This document shows, one piece after another, positions 19,345-29,569 of a stretch of 64,000 nucleotides of DNA. Numbering within the stretch: position 1 is the first letter of the stretch; every line of letters begins with the position of its first letter. The stretch spans positions 5,740-69,739 of the forward strand of contig DAHXNF010000040.1 of NCBI GenBank assembly GCA_027366585.1, written 5' to 3'. Origin of the DNA: Thermoplasmatales archaeon. Lineage in GTDB: Archaea > Thermoplasmatota > Thermoplasmata > Thermoplasmatales > Thermoplasmataceae. The notes below the pieces were generated by a model, which searched no databases, was not told where the DNA came from, and saw only the letters and a program-made list of their open reading frames with translations. The position numbers and the translations under genes are program-made.

Positions 19345-19674
19345 ATGGCAAACGAGAGGACGTACCTTTCATGGGTCAGAACCGGAATAACAGTCATAGC
19401 ACTGGGCTTCGTTGTTGCAAAATTTGGAATCATAATAAAGGAACTTGTTCCTGGCGCACCGTCCACATCTTATCACTTATCATCGGAAATAGGTATAGTG
19501 CTGGTGATCATAGGCGGCGGGATGCAACTCCTTGCGCTTAGGAGTTTCTTCAGGAACAAGAAAAGCATTGAAAGAGGCATATTCATCCCTTCTGCTTTCC
19601 CGGAGGCATTGGCTGGAATCCTCTCGGTTGTCATAGCTATCCTGGTTGTAGTGTACATGGTGCTGACCCTTTAA
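19345..19674 (+). CDS. DUF202 (YidH-like) membrane protein
   Basis: MANERTYLSWVRTGITVIALGFVVAKFG is the DUF202 signature (ERT.LaW.RT), with 3 TM segments. The track start at 19306 is TTG and the first ATG is at 19345. Confidence 0.7.
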   Translation: MANERTYLSWVRTGITVIALGFVVAKFGIIIKELVPGAPSTSYHLSSEIGIVLVIIGGGMQLLALRSFFRNKKSIERGIFIPSAFPEALAGILSVVIAILVVVYMVLTL

Positions 19675-19804
19675 TGCACGGTCAACCAGGAAACCACTAC
19701 CCATGCCGTTTCACATACGATGCGTACCTGAGAAAGGATAGCCTAGACCGGAAAATACTTCACTCACCAGCCAACTAGGGCACCATTTTTTATATATCAA
19801 CAGC

Positions 19805-20740
19805 ATGCGATTGCCTATGCTTTATCGAAATGTCGATGGAAAGCTGGATATGACAGTCAGCATATCTGCGGAGCAGAAACACCCCCTTATATCAATGATA
19901 AACCGTGATTATCAGACTGTCCCCCTCAACCTCGATGTATATGGAGGGCACTCCTACATAGACCTCTTCCTTGGATCCGGCGGAGGGCGGCAGATTGAAA
20001 GCATAGCCGCCAACTATCCTGTGGTCCGAATCGATGATGTCAGGATAGTCAGGATGGACCTTGAAGAGGTGCAGGTGGTTTCTGCTGTTGTTCGCGACCT
20101 GCTTTCAATAGATTCGGTATGCCCCAGCGGTTTCTATCTCGAGGGTAACAGGATAAATGCAGACTTCAGGTTCCATCATTCAGACCTGAGGAAGATCTCT
20201 GATATAATTGGAAAGATCGTCTCGCTCGAGAACCACGTGCAAATAACGGACCTCGGAGCAGGAAAGGGAGGAATCGCATCCATTAACCGGATAAATGACA
20301 GGGTTAAACTAAGCGTAATATCGTATGAAGTTGCATGGACTCCCTCCGGCCCGGAGGGCAGCACGGAAAACTTCATGTTCGACGCCAAGTACTCAACTTT
20401 CAATGACAAGGAGATTGAGTCTATCGTACTCTACGATGCATCGGAAAAAGATAGGAAGATCGGCCGCCCTATTTCAGCCGAAGACGGCGTGTACCTGTCG
20501 AAGATAAATTCTGACTTTGTAACCGAGGTATGGAACAGTTGCAATGAGAAGCACATTCCAAGAGGCTCGGTCCTTGCAAAAATCGTCAAGGATAAGCTGG
20601 AAATACACACATTCCTGCCGTCATCTCTTGCGAACCACTATATTGAGCTCTTATACGAGATCACATCGAGGAAGAAGGTTGATGACTTCATCCTCACCGG
20701 ATCCCGGATATATAACGAGTCAATATGGGACTCCATATAA
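19805..20740 (+). CDS. hypothetical protein
   Basis: 311-aa ORF with core-like composition and no overlapping competitor. No motif recognised. Confidence 0.55.
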   Translation: MRLPMLYRNVDGKLDMTVSISAEQKHPLISMINRDYQTVPLNLDVYGGHSYIDLFLGSGGGRQIESIAANYPVVRIDDVRIVRMDLEEVQVVSAVVRDLLSIDSVCPSGFYLEGNRINADFRFHHSDLRKISDIIGKIVSLENHVQITDLGAGKGGIASINRINDRVKLSVISYEVAWTPSGPEGSTENFMFDAKYSTFNDKEIESIVLYDASEKDRKIGRPISAEDGVYLSKINSDFVTEVWNSCNEKHIPRGSVLAKIVKDKLEIHTFLPSSLANHYIELLYEITSRKKVDDFILTGSRIYNESIWDSI

Positions 20741-20777
20741 GCCTGGGTGGCTTCGCATGATGCAGGGAAGTCATTTC

Positions 20778-21221
20778 CTAGTGCCGTAATATCCTGTATT
20801 GCATCCCCAGCCTTCTTGCCATCTCGCCGTCAACATCATCCCTGTCGCCGATCACGATCGATCCACCGAGATCGATATCGAGATCATTCACTGCCCTGAG
20901 GATCAAGCCTGTTCCAGGTTTCCTGCATGTACAGCCCTCATCAGGCCTGTGGGGGCAGTGATAGACGGCATCGACCTTCGCTCCGCGTCGCTCAAGCTCG
21001 GACAACAGCGCGCGGTTGAATTCCTCGTACTGTTCTTCCGTGAAATATCCCCTGTTTATTCCCGACTGGTTTGTCACTATCACTATGAGATAACCGCTCT
21101 CCCTGTAATTCCTGATAATATCCACTGCGTCGTCATATATTACCAGGTCTTTTGGATCCCTGCAGTATGGGCAGTCCCGGTTGATCGTCCCGTCCCGGTC
21201 AATGAACAGTGCTTTTTTCAT
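20778..21221 (-). CDS. HAD-IIIA phosphatase, D,D-heptose-1,7-bisphosphate phosphatase (GmhB)/histidinol-phosphatase-like
   Basis: 147 aa. LFIDRDGTIN, VTNQSGI, the Zn motif YHCPHRPDEGCTCRKPGTG, and GDRDDVD. Confidence 0.85.
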   Translation of the reverse strand: MKKALFIDRDGTINRDCPYCRDPKDLVIYDDAVDIIRNYRESGYLIVIVTNQSGINRGYFTEEQYEEFNRALLSELERRGAKVDAVYHCPHRPDEGCTCRKPGTGLILRAVNDLDIDLGGSIVIGDRDDVDGEMARRLGMQYRILRH

Positions 21222-21242
21222 GATAACTCCACCGTCCGGGGA

Positions 21243-21965
21243 TCAGTTCTCCCTCCACCTCGTAAAGAACCGGGCAAGTGCGAAGAAGAACACCATCTCA
21301 ACCAGCATGATCGGTATCATGGTGTACATGATCGGCTCAAAGCCAAAGAACCCCTGGGCAAGCACTGCTGCCGGAGTCGTGGGCGAGATCGCGAGTATGT
21401 AGATTATGTATTTCGGCAGGTACGAGTAGGGATAGAAGGTAGGCGGCAGTACCGTCAGGACGACAGACATTATTGCCGATATCCCCCAGACATTCCTGAT
21501 ATGGTTCACTGCGCCGCCGATCGTCATTGACAGGCCAGCGGTGCTTACTGTAAGAATCACCAGGAGGAGAACAAGTGCGATTATGGATTCGAGCGTGAAG
21601 ATATGTATGAGCGCCCCTATGATCGCATAGAGGATGATTCCCGGCATGGAGAATATTATGTAACTTAGCGTGAGGCCGAGTATGTAATCTGTCGGAGAAA
21701 TAGATGTGGCAACGAACAGGTCCTGGATCCTGAGCTGTATCCTCAGGAATGCAGCATCGGCCACGCTCGCAAAGCTTACAGATGCAACAAGTCCAAGGAA
21801 CCCTCCGACAACCGCATACTTGATCAGCTCCCCTTTGCTTATGATATAGATAAGGAAGAGTAACGTGAGCGGTGAGCTCAGGGAAGCGATGACGTAGGAA
21901 GGACCTCTCTTTATCGTCCTGAACCCGTAGTACCATGCAAAAGCAAGCGAGAACCTAGGGTTCAA
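21243..21965 (-). CDS. ABC-2 type transporter permease
   Basis: 240 aa with 6 predicted TM segments. It overlaps the upstream ATPase gene by 11 nt. Confidence 0.8.
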   Translation of the reverse strand: MNPRFSLAFAWYYGFRTIKRGPSYVIASLSSPLTLLFLIYIISKGELIKYAVVGGFLGLVASVSFASVADAAFLRIQLRIQDLFVATSISPTDYILGLTLSYIIFSMPGIILYAIIGALIHIFTLESIIALVLLLVILTVSTAGLSMTIGGAVNHIRNVWGISAIMSVVLTVLPPTFYPYSYLPKYIIYILAISPTTPAAVLAQGFFGFEPIMYTMIPIMLVEMVFFFALARFFTRWREN

Positions 21966-22794
21966 TGGTCACACCCCTGACGATGAATAGATCATCCAGC
22001 GTTATCCGGCGCACGTTATAGCCTTTCTTGACGAAATCCTCTGCATCCTCCTGCTTCACGTATTTGACATAAGTCCTGCCGATCTGGTAATCGCCGGATC
22101 CAGGAAGAATGCTCTCCACCCTGACTTTTCCATCGAATCTTCGCAAAAGCTCCTTAACAGGACCCTTTTCCAGTATCTTTCCAGCCTCGACCAGGATTAC
22201 TTCCTCGGCAAGCTCCTGTGCTTCCTCCATGTAGTGCGTTGTAAGCACAATATTACCGGAAAGGTTCTTTATGGCAGCCCAGACCTCGAATCTCGACACC
22301 GGGTCCAGGCCGGTCGTAGGCTCGTCCAGGAAAGTTATCTCGTCATTTGCTGCAAGAGCCATTGCAACGAAAACCTTTCTCTTCATTCCGCCTGAGAGGG
22401 TATCCGAAGGCCTGTTCCTTGCATCATACATTTCCAGTTCGCGCAGCGCTCTCAGCGACTCCTCATTAGCCTGGAGAACGGAAAACCCGCGTGCAATTAG
22501 ATATAGCTTCATGTGCTCCATCGGCGTAAGGACACCCAGCGTCGATGCTTCCTGTGGTATGCTCACGATCTTCCTCCTTATCTGATCAGGCTGCTTCAGT
22601 ATATCGTATCCTGCAACATTGGCTGTACCCGATGAGGGCTTAAGCTGGGTCGACAGTATCCTGAGCAAAGTTGTCTTGCCCGCACCATTCCTCCCTATGA
22701 AAGCGACCAGCCGCTTGTCAACAGTCAGCGTGACTGAGTCAAGAGCCTTTATTCCGCCTTTATATGTTTTTGACAGGTTTTCGGTACTTAACAT
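21955..22794 (-). CDS. ABC transporter ATP-binding protein
   Basis: Walker A GRNGAGKTT, signature LSGGMKRKV, Walker B ITFLDEPTTGLD, H-loop LTTHYMEE. Confidence 0.92.
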   Translation of the reverse strand: MLSTENLSKTYKGGIKALDSVTLTVDKRLVAFIGRNGAGKTTLLRILSTQLKPSSGTANVAGYDILKQPDQIRRKIVSIPQEASTLGVLTPMEHMKLYLIARGFSVLQANEESLRALRELEMYDARNRPSDTLSGGMKRKVFVAMALAANDEITFLDEPTTGLDPVSRFEVWAAIKNLSGNIVLTTHYMEEAQELAEEVILVEAGKILEKGPVKELLRRFDGKVRVESILPGSGDYQIGRTYVKYVKQEDAEDFVKKGYNVRRITLDDLFIVRGVTIEP

Positions 22795-22936
22795 CTATAA
22801 CTTCCAATCTGGGAGAATTAACCGGTATAAATTGAATTTTTGGTCATCACGTTGCCTAGGAGCAACTCGGATCTCGTCACAATTTGTCGAATGCATCCAA
22901 AGAGCGGGAGGGTAAAATCGCTTATGATCGAGATAA

Positions 22937-23749
22937 TCAAACGGCATTGACAGCAAAGCCTGCAAGAAATCCAAGAACCATTCCAATATACAGCAGTTTT
23001 TGTAAATATCCTGTGTCTGCCTGTCTAAACAGGGTTCTCAGCATTGGTATTATGACATACAGGATCGCGCCGATTGCAAGGCCGTCAAAGAGTACCTCGA
23101 AAAGGGCACTTGAATAAGAATATCCAATCATTCCCCCTATGATCGTAGGAAACCCGCCTATGAAGTAGAATCCTGCCAGGAGCGCCACCTTCGGCCTTTC
23201 CCTTCCCAGGTAAGGGGAAACAATTGGGAACCCTTCGGTGAAATTCTGGAGGGTGAATCCAACAAGTATAACAAGAAACACTCCGGTGAGGCCCACGGCA
23301 TAGTCTGCTCCAAAGACCAGGCCTTCAGTGAGGTTCTGGAGCCCCATTCCATTCGCGACAATGAGTGCAACCTTCCCCGGAATATATGCGCCTGGCTTGC
23401 CTGCAGATTTCCTCCTGTTCTCAATAAGATAGAGAAGTGCGAAGATCAATGCCACAGACAGGAAAAAAGTTATCGATAACCAGCCATTTGCAATGTACGA
23501 TCCCGATGGATATATCACGGTGGACACATCTGAGAAAATATCGCCCATCAGGAAGACAAGGATACCGACTGCAAATGAGACAAGCAATACGCTGGACCTC
23601 GCGGTAAGGTTTCTGTGAAAGATGATTGGAAATGACAAGTAGATGGAGAAGCCCATTATTAGAAGCAAGAAAATCATTTCAAGGTATGAGCCGTGGAACG
23701 TTAAAATCCCTCCACGCATAATACACTGCAATAACAGAAAAGACTGCAT
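22937..23749 (-). CDS. ZIP-family (ZupT-like) divalent metal transporter, divergent
   Basis: 270 aa, polytopic. It has paired motifs GLQNLTEGLVFG and TLQNFTEGFP where ZIP proteins carry H/Q-N-x-x-E-G metal-site motifs. The start is uncertain. Confidence 0.55.
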   Translation of the reverse strand: MQSFLLLQCIMRGGILTFHGSYLEMIFLLLIMGFSIYLSFPIIFHRNLTARSSVLLVSFAVGILVFLMGDIFSDVSTVIYPSGSYIANGWLSITFFLSVALIFALLYLIENRRKSAGKPGAYIPGKVALIVANGMGLQNLTEGLVFGADYAVGLTGVFLVILVGFTLQNFTEGFPIVSPYLGRERPKVALLAGFYFIGGFPTIIGGMIGYSYSSALFEVLFDGLAIGAILYVIIPMLRTLFRQADTGYLQKLLYIGMVLGFLAGFAVNAV

Positions 23750-24354
23750 TCACAGCCTTCAACCACTCTTTTATTAGGCATACCTAAGATAATTATCCTC
23801 TCTATATCTTGATAACGTAGTAAGAGGAGCGACTAAAACGATCAATGCCATACGGGTTCTGTATTCTGGATTTCATACAGCGTTCTGTGCGGATATATTC
23901 CCTAAAAAGTTTGGGGTTGGGGGTCAAAGTATATTTTTTTGGCTTTAAAGAGAGATATTTACTAAATGCTATTCCACCGCCCTAAATACGGCAAATATGA
24001 TAATTATCGTGTTTTTTATCGTTCTTTTTCAGCTCATTATTGCAATAGGAATCCGCTGCCAACATGATAAGATTTTTAGATGCCTTACTAAGCTGAGAAG
24101 GGCTTTCTATTTTATGTATGTCGTCTTTGACACAATGCTGTGGACTTATCCTGCATTGAGAGAACTGAGACTTGACCCTCAGGCCTACAATTCCATTTAC
24201 TTTTTGGTCCATCATCTCCTCGAATGGGCTTAAACTGCTGCCGTTTCACTTCTCGTATGACCGGTAGGAAGTTGACTTCCCCGAAGGTCTCTTTTTGAAC
24301 GTGGAGGCAGGGGTCCAAAAACTGCCTCAAGTTGTGAAAATGAAGCTTGGGGAT

Positions 24355-25863
24355 TCATACCTCAGACCTTCTCCATATTACAGTTGCCAGAAGTATTGGG
24401 ATGAAGGCCCACAGAAACAGGAAGACAATCATGTCCTGCATGGAAAATGGAAGCAGGGTAAGCTCACCTCCTATCCCTATTCCTAATCCCCTGTCCAATC
24501 TTTGTAGTATTCCGGACACTATTTGGAAAGGAGTCAAGTACATGCCATAAGTTGAAACCTTGTAAGAGGTAACGATGTTTAGCGTTCGCAGAAAATAAAA
24601 CAGGCCAGCGATGAAAGATCCAAGGATATAATAGAAAAATAACAGGATTGCCAATGGTAAAGCAAAGATAGTGACAAGGCCTTTGCCAATGGCGGCAACA
24701 AGAAAAGTCAGCGATGAGAAAATTGCCCCTGTCAGCAGCGATACACCAAAGACCAAGAAAAATGTCCCGGCACTCAGGTATATTCCAAAGTAGTAGTAGA
24801 ACAGTAGATCTGACCCAACAAGCGCAGATACTATTGCCAGGCCTGTAAAGATAATGGTAGCCAAATATCTGGAAACTATTATGTCATTTCTTGAAAGCGG
24901 TTTTGCCAGAAGGAGTTCAATGGAATGTGTGGCCCGCGGATAGCCGAAAGAAAGAATTGCAACTATAATCCCAAAAAAGCTGACCAACAGTATGTCGGTG
25001 CTGAAAAACTCAGAGTAAACTTGCGGTTCCAAGTACTTTTGAGTTACCCTGACAAATACCTCATACTGGCCAGTGATAGGCTGAAAATTATTGACGTTTT
25101 TCCATCCAGAGCTCGTGTTGTATTGCAAGGTACCAAATGCGGTGCTTATGTTTGCAGGGATGGAATTGTAGTCAGGATACAAGCGTGTGTAGCTGAAATC
25201 CCCCGCACTTCCTAGATCAATAGTGCCACTAAATCCAGCGTTTAAGTTATTGCCGCCGCCAATGGAAGGGCTATACAAGCATACAACTCCTGAATCTTCG
25301 CTGGAATAAGATAACCTGAATTGTGTCTGAGGCGCCTTTGTGTCATTGGTACTAACATAAAAGACAACGAAACCTGCCCTGTTACTAAACCCATGGTCGT
25401 AGATGTCTAGGTAGCTGAGAAAACCGCCTGTCGAGTTTGATGGGCCTATTAGATATCCAACCGAGTACTGGTAACCTGTTGGCTCAGACAGGTACAACTC
25501 CGCATTCCATGTTTCATTGGAAGTGAAATTTATCACAGCCATCCCATCAGCGCCAATTGTTCCCAGTGCCGTTTTTGAGACCTGGGTCGTGGAATTGGTG
25601 AAAACCATCTTAACACCCTGTGAATATAATGGAGTCCCATTGTCTGTGTATGAAAAAACCACCAGATGATATGCACCGTCGCTGTAAAAGGAGTAGAATC
25701 CATTCTCATTTTCTAGATTTATAGTTGGTCCCTCAGACGATGTCTGGCCAAAAGTGAGGAGAACCAGAAGCAACTCCATCAGCAGGAAAACAGCGATAAG
25801 TCTTCTGGAGGACAGGGTTTTCCAGAGCGACTTCAGCAGGTTAGCTCTTCCCGATTTTCTCAA
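24355..25863 (-). CDS. ABC transporter permease with large N-terminal extracytoplasmic domain
   Basis: 502 aa. N-terminal TM, then an about 270-aa Ser/Thr/Asn-rich domain, then 5-6 TM segments. It overlaps the upstream ATPase gene by 23 nt. Confidence 0.7.
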   Translation of the reverse strand: MRKSGRANLLKSLWKTLSSRRLIAVFLLMELLLVLLTFGQTSSEGPTINLENENGFYSFYSDGAYHLVVFSYTDNGTPLYSQGVKMVFTNSTTQVSKTALGTIGADGMAVINFTSNETWNAELYLSEPTGYQYSVGYLIGPSNSTGGFLSYLDIYDHGFSNRAGFVVFYVSTNDTKAPQTQFRLSYSSEDSGVVCLYSPSIGGGNNLNAGFSGTIDLGSAGDFSYTRLYPDYNSIPANISTAFGTLQYNTSSGWKNVNNFQPITGQYEVFVRVTQKYLEPQVYSEFFSTDILLVSFFGIIVAILSFGYPRATHSIELLLAKPLSRNDIIVSRYLATIIFTGLAIVSALVGSDLLFYYYFGIYLSAGTFFLVFGVSLLTGAIFSSLTFLVAAIGKGLVTIFALPLAILLFFYYILGSFIAGLFYFLRTLNIVTSYKVSTYGMYLTPFQIVSGILQRLDRGLGIGIGGELTLLPFSMQDMIVFLFLWAFIPILLATVIWRRSEV

Positions 25864-26746
25864 AGAAATACCTCTCTATAGTGTCTTCCTTCCTCTCAAC
25901 GGACAGAACTTTTGACCCCGAATTTTCCAGGGCTTTACCAATCTCCCAGGAGCTTACAGGCTTCCTGCCGGAAAGGTGCAGTTCATATTTTTTTCCTGTG
26001 AGAATTACACTGCCAAATTCTTCCAGAGCGGCCCTTACCTTCGGCTCCTCTCCATCGCACCTTATTATGAACACGGAAAATTCCATTATTTCATCTACGC
26101 TGGCAACACTGACTATTCTACCATTGTGGATTATTGCAACCTTATCAGCCAACCCGTTGAGTTCAGTTAAAACATGCGTTGAAAGCAATATTGCTTTGCC
26201 CTTTGACTTAAGTTTGATCAAATTCTCCCTTAGGAACCTCGCCCCTTCAGGGTCAAGGCCGGTAAAAGTCTCATCCAAAAGATAATTTACAGGATCCTGG
26301 AAGAGAGATAGAGCTATCATCAGTCTCTTTTTCATCCCATTTGAAAAATGTCCTATCCTTTTCTTCAATAACCCGTCAAGGCCCACGACTTCCATGAGCT
26401 CCCGGGCCTGTTCTTTTATTTCGCCACGCGGCTTTCCAAAATAAGATCCATATTCCAAGAATAAGGAAATGGGATTCTGAAAAGGATCAAAAAGAGAAGC
26501 TTCCGGTATCCAGGCAATGTCAAATTTTGCTTTCTTCCCATCGGTAACGATACTCCTGTCCTCAACAAGCACATCTCCGGCAGTTGGAAATATTACGCCT
26601 GCCGTGATTTTCATTGTTGTGGTTTTTCCAGCTCCGTTGACGCCAGCGAAACCCATTATTTCTCCGTTGCAAATGCTCAGGCTAACAGAATCCAGAATGT
26701 TGCGTTTATCGTACACCTTGGTAACATCGACTATTTTAATAGTCAT
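25841..26746 (-). CDS. ABC transporter ATP-binding protein
   Basis: Walker A GVNGAGKTT, signature FSNGMKKRL, Walker B YLLDETFTGLD, H-loop LSTHVLTE. Confidence 0.9.
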   Translation of the reverse strand: MTIKIVDVTKVYDKRNILDSVSLSICNGEIMGFAGVNGAGKTTTMKITAGVIFPTAGDVLVEDRSIVTDGKKAKFDIAWIPEASLFDPFQNPISLFLEYGSYFGKPRGEIKEQARELMEVVGLDGLLKKRIGHFSNGMKKRLMIALSLFQDPVNYLLDETFTGLDPEGARFLRENLIKLKSKGKAILLSTHVLTELNGLADKVAIIHNGRIVSVASVDEIMEFSVFIIRCDGEEPKVRAALEEFGSVILTGKKYELHLSGRKPVSSWEIGKALENSGSKVLSVERKEDTIERYFFEKIGKS

Positions 26747-27338
26747 AATCTGAATAATTTAAATCAAAAGGCAGTATTTTAAATATATGCAACCCGCAGG
26801 AAAATTATCTTATCCTGAAATCATTAACAGATTATATGGATCCTGATTCCGCGAACAGGCTCCATAACCATTAGAATCGCTGGATCGTTATTCATCCAAT
26901 AGCAGTTGATTCAGTGAAAAGCATTGCTGTAACTTTCAGAGTGCCCGCTTCAGGACAAGACAGATCCTCTCCTGTTATTTCTGTTTCTCTTTATATTTTC
27001 ATAAGTCTCATCGTCTATCATGATAGGCTTTGTACATATCTGTATACAATTACCAATTTTACAGCCTATGGTCATAATGAAAAATACCCCATTCTGTGCA
27101 TCTCAACCTGGGCAGTCAAACCTAATAGATGATTTAGGACCCACAATCTACTGGTCGAATCGCGATCCGATTGATCTTTGTTGGTGGATAAGGTAAGAAA
27201 ATTAGGCCTATAGTTTTCGCTAGGGATATTTTGCAGTTCTGCTCATTGAATCATTCAGTTTTATGCAGATAGGATCTCTTACACATATGATAAGTTATAT
27301 GATGAAACGTAAAACACCTGTAACTATCCATGGAAAGT

Positions 27339-27920
27339 TCATACTTTGTGCTTTCCAACGACAGAACAAACTCTCTTACGAATTCCTGCCGGAACCTTGG
27401 AGAGGTATTTTTCCAATATTTCTGGTTCAGATATTCCAACCAGATCTCGATAAACACTGTCTGGAATTCTGAGCTTAAAATAAACAAGATCAATGAGCGT
27501 TTTCTCATTGTCTGAAACTGGTATGTAAAAATCACCGTATCTTATAAGTGAATACCCAAAAAACATGCTGCGATCCAACCTCCTTATAATGTAATTTCTT
27601 CCTTCAAAATCTCTGACTCCGGTTCTAACCACCCTTGGGGTAACCACAACTGGATTGGTTTGCTGATTCCATATTCCTCTGAGAGAGAGTGCATCCTCCA
27701 AGCCATAATAGAAAGGCCGATATGCAAAGCCAACGTATTGTACTTCATCATAAAATGTGTATGCTCCCTTTGTGATTCTCCTTATACGGCCGGATTCCAC
27801 CAGATTATGAAGCATGAGTTTATAATAGCCTTTTGAAGCACCACGGGATACCACGAAGTGCCTGGATTCGGCTGATGTGAAGGCTGGCTTGCTCGAAAAG
27901 TGCTGAGTGAACTCTTTCAT
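27339..27920 (-). CDS. AbiEi-like wHTH protein (type IV TA antitoxin/regulator family), copy 1
   Basis: 193 aa. KLMLHNLVESGRIRRITKGAYTF (the l..lv..G.l.ri.rG.Y motif) plus the C-terminal PFYYGLEDAL...IPVSDNEKTLIDL. It overlaps the upstream NTase gene by 4 nt. Confidence 0.65.
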   Translation of the reverse strand: MKEFTQHFSSKPAFTSAESRHFVVSRGASKGYYKLMLHNLVESGRIRRITKGAYTFYDEVQYVGFAYRPFYYGLEDALSLRGIWNQQTNPVVVTPRVVRTGVRDFEGRNYIIRRLDRSMFFGYSLIRYGDFYIPVSDNEKTLIDLVYFKLRIPDSVYRDLVGISEPEILEKYLSKVPAGIRKRVCSVVGKHKV

Positions 27921-28570
27921 GAACTTCGTCTCAGGAGCCTCCTTATCTCTTCCACCATTCTATTAAAAGATGGAGCCAGTCCAGCGTATACTATAGATCT
28001 CAGTACTGATTCATCCTCGGATGCCGGAATGTTCATCAATAATTTATCTAACTGACCGCGTACGGCTGACAGATCCAGTTCGCAGTGCAGGAGGTGATAG
28101 ATGTCAAACAAATCCCTGATATAGTGCCTGTCAGAGTATGCGGATATTTTCTCCAGAATCAGTTGTTCCGGGGTTAGAGAAAGTACGTCAATTTCAGTAC
28201 CGTCCATGAGTTCAAAACCTATCTGCACTCCCTTGACATGGACAGAATGGTTTACTTCAAGCTGTACTACCGTTCTGCCATCAGAAACAGAGGCGAAGAT
28301 AACGTTCCTCGTGTCCTTGAATTTGTCAAGAACAAGGCGGCGTTCTTTGATTTCTTTTTCAAAAGCGCTTTTTAACTCAGTAAATGAAATAGAATACCCA
28401 TCTATATCCTGTGAGAAGCGCTTCCCTCCATAGCATCGCCATATTGCAGTGCTTCCATGAAGCACGAAATCATCTGTAACTGAATATACGATCTCGATCA
28501 GTTCATCCTGCAAAATTGCAATATCCAGTTGAGTTCTCTTTTTCAACTGGTTTGATATTGGAATTTTCAT
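27917..28570 (-). CDS. AbiEii/DUF1814-like nucleotidyltransferase (type IV TA toxin family), copy 1
   Basis: 217 aa. NTase motif LHGSTAIWRCYGGKRFSQDIDGY and C-terminal KISAYSDRHYIRDLFDIYHLL. Confidence 0.7.
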   Translation of the reverse strand: MKIPISNQLKKRTQLDIAILQDELIEIVYSVTDDFVLHGSTAIWRCYGGKRFSQDIDGYSISFTELKSAFEKEIKERRLVLDKFKDTRNVIFASVSDGRTVVQLEVNHSVHVKGVQIGFELMDGTEIDVLSLTPEQLILEKISAYSDRHYIRDLFDIYHLLHCELDLSAVRGQLDKLLMNIPASEDESVLRSIVYAGLAPSFNRMVEEIRRLLRRSS

Positions 28571-28590
28571 TGTTATGAGATTAACCGTAG

Positions 28591-28606
28591 ATATATAAAA
28601 GTATAT
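28591..28606 (-). promoter_or_regulatory. TATA-like box for the minus-strand AbiE-like pair
   Basis: The minus strand reads tttatatat, centred about 25 nt upstream of ATG 28570. This fits a leaderless transcript. Confidence 0.3.
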
Positions 28607-28896
28607 CTTAGTTCAATTTTGGGAAAGGACTTTTGACACCTGTTATTTGTAATATTGGCGGTTTATGGCTGAATTGACGAGGCTAGAAACTTATTTGCTC
28701 GTTTCATCTTGACTATCGAAGCAGTTCATCATTAACCGATGATTCTCTCGATATATGACGCGCATCTTTTACTTTGAAAAAATATATTTTTTTGTTAAAT
28801 CGCACACAAATTCAGCAATAAGTTCATTTTATTGCATATGAGATCGTTTCCTTTCACGCTTCATCGACGATTTATGAAAACTTCAATCAGTGAAAG

Positions 28897-28908
28897 TTAT
28901 AATATAAT
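28897..28908 (+). promoter_or_regulatory. TATA-like box for the plus-strand AbiE-like pair
   Basis: ttataatataat, centred about 26 nt upstream of ATG 28928. Confidence 0.3.
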
Positions 28909-28927
28909 ATAACAATTACTCATTTAG

Positions 28928-29569
28928 ATGAAACCTATCGGATCATTTCTTAGCGGCCAAAGGCTTAAAATTGCTGAACTCCAAGATTATGTGATAGACC
29001 TCATCTACGATAGTTTCCAGCAAGGTGCTCTTCTATATGGCGGTACAGCGATCTGGAGATGTTTTGGAGGAATGCGATTTTCAGAAGATGTTGACATTTA
29101 CCTTGAAAAACATGCGTTTGACGACTTCATGATATCGCTTGAAGAGAATGGACTGAGAATGACTTGGAATGATCCGGAATTTCCTACAAGGGTTAGGATT
29201 GCCAGAAACGAAACAGACATCCTTCTGGAATCAAAACCAGGTTTTGCCGAAAACGAAATAAGAACTTATTCACGAGTTGATGGTAGCGTGAAAACAATCA
29301 ACGTACTTAGTACCACAGAACTGATGATAAGGAAGATAGAGGCGTATCAGGGCAGGAGGTTCATAAGAGATATTTACGATCTTTATGTCCTTACAAACTG
29401 GCTGGACAAGTCAGATTACCTGGTTAAGTCAAGATTGTCGCATTTCCTGCATGAATTAAAGGCGCCCGTTGATGAAAGTATACTGGGTTCATTACTTTAT
29501 GCAGGACCCAGGAATTTGAATTTCGCCCGTATGGTGGATTATCTCAGGAGGTGGATCAATGAAGTATGA
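28928..29569 (+). CDS. AbiEii/DUF1814-like nucleotidyltransferase, copy 2
   Basis: 213 aa. LYGGTAIWRCFGGMRFSEDVDIY and KIEAYQGRRFIRDIYDLYVL. Paralogous to 27917-28570. Confidence 0.7.
   Translation: MKPIGSFLSGQRLKIAELQDYVIDLIYDSFQQGALLYGGTAIWRCFGGMRFSEDVDIYLEKHAFDDFMISLEENGLRMTWNDPEFPTRVRIARNETDILLESKPGFAENEIRTYSRVDGSVKTINVLSTTELMIRKIEAYQGRRFIRDIYDLYVLTNWLDKSDYLVKSRLSHFLHELKAPVDESILGSLLYAGPRNLNFARMVDYLRRWINEV

Noticed and set aside
20799-21530. A 243-aa plus-strand ORF spanning the GmhB-like and ABC-2 permease genes.
   Set aside because: It is antisense to two well-supported genes. The translation is His/Arg/Cys/Pro-rich with no motif, so it is a shadow ORF.
23750-24354. A 600-bp gap between the ZIP-like gene and the ABC permease, with overlapping ORFs of about 70-78 aa on both strands. 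I considered a small PadR/GntR-type regulator for the ABC operon.
   Set aside because: No HTH motif is recognisable, the ORFs are interrupted and overlap one another, and there is no support beyond position.
28726-28744. A small palindrome, atcat-taaccg-atgat, in the spacer between the AbiE-like pairs, plus a second attaaccg at 28580-28587. I considered these as an AbiEi operator.
   Set aside because: The arms are only 5 bp and the repeated word only 8 nt, which is not statistically meaningful. It needs EMSA or footprinting, and the idea is noted under the AbiE finding only.
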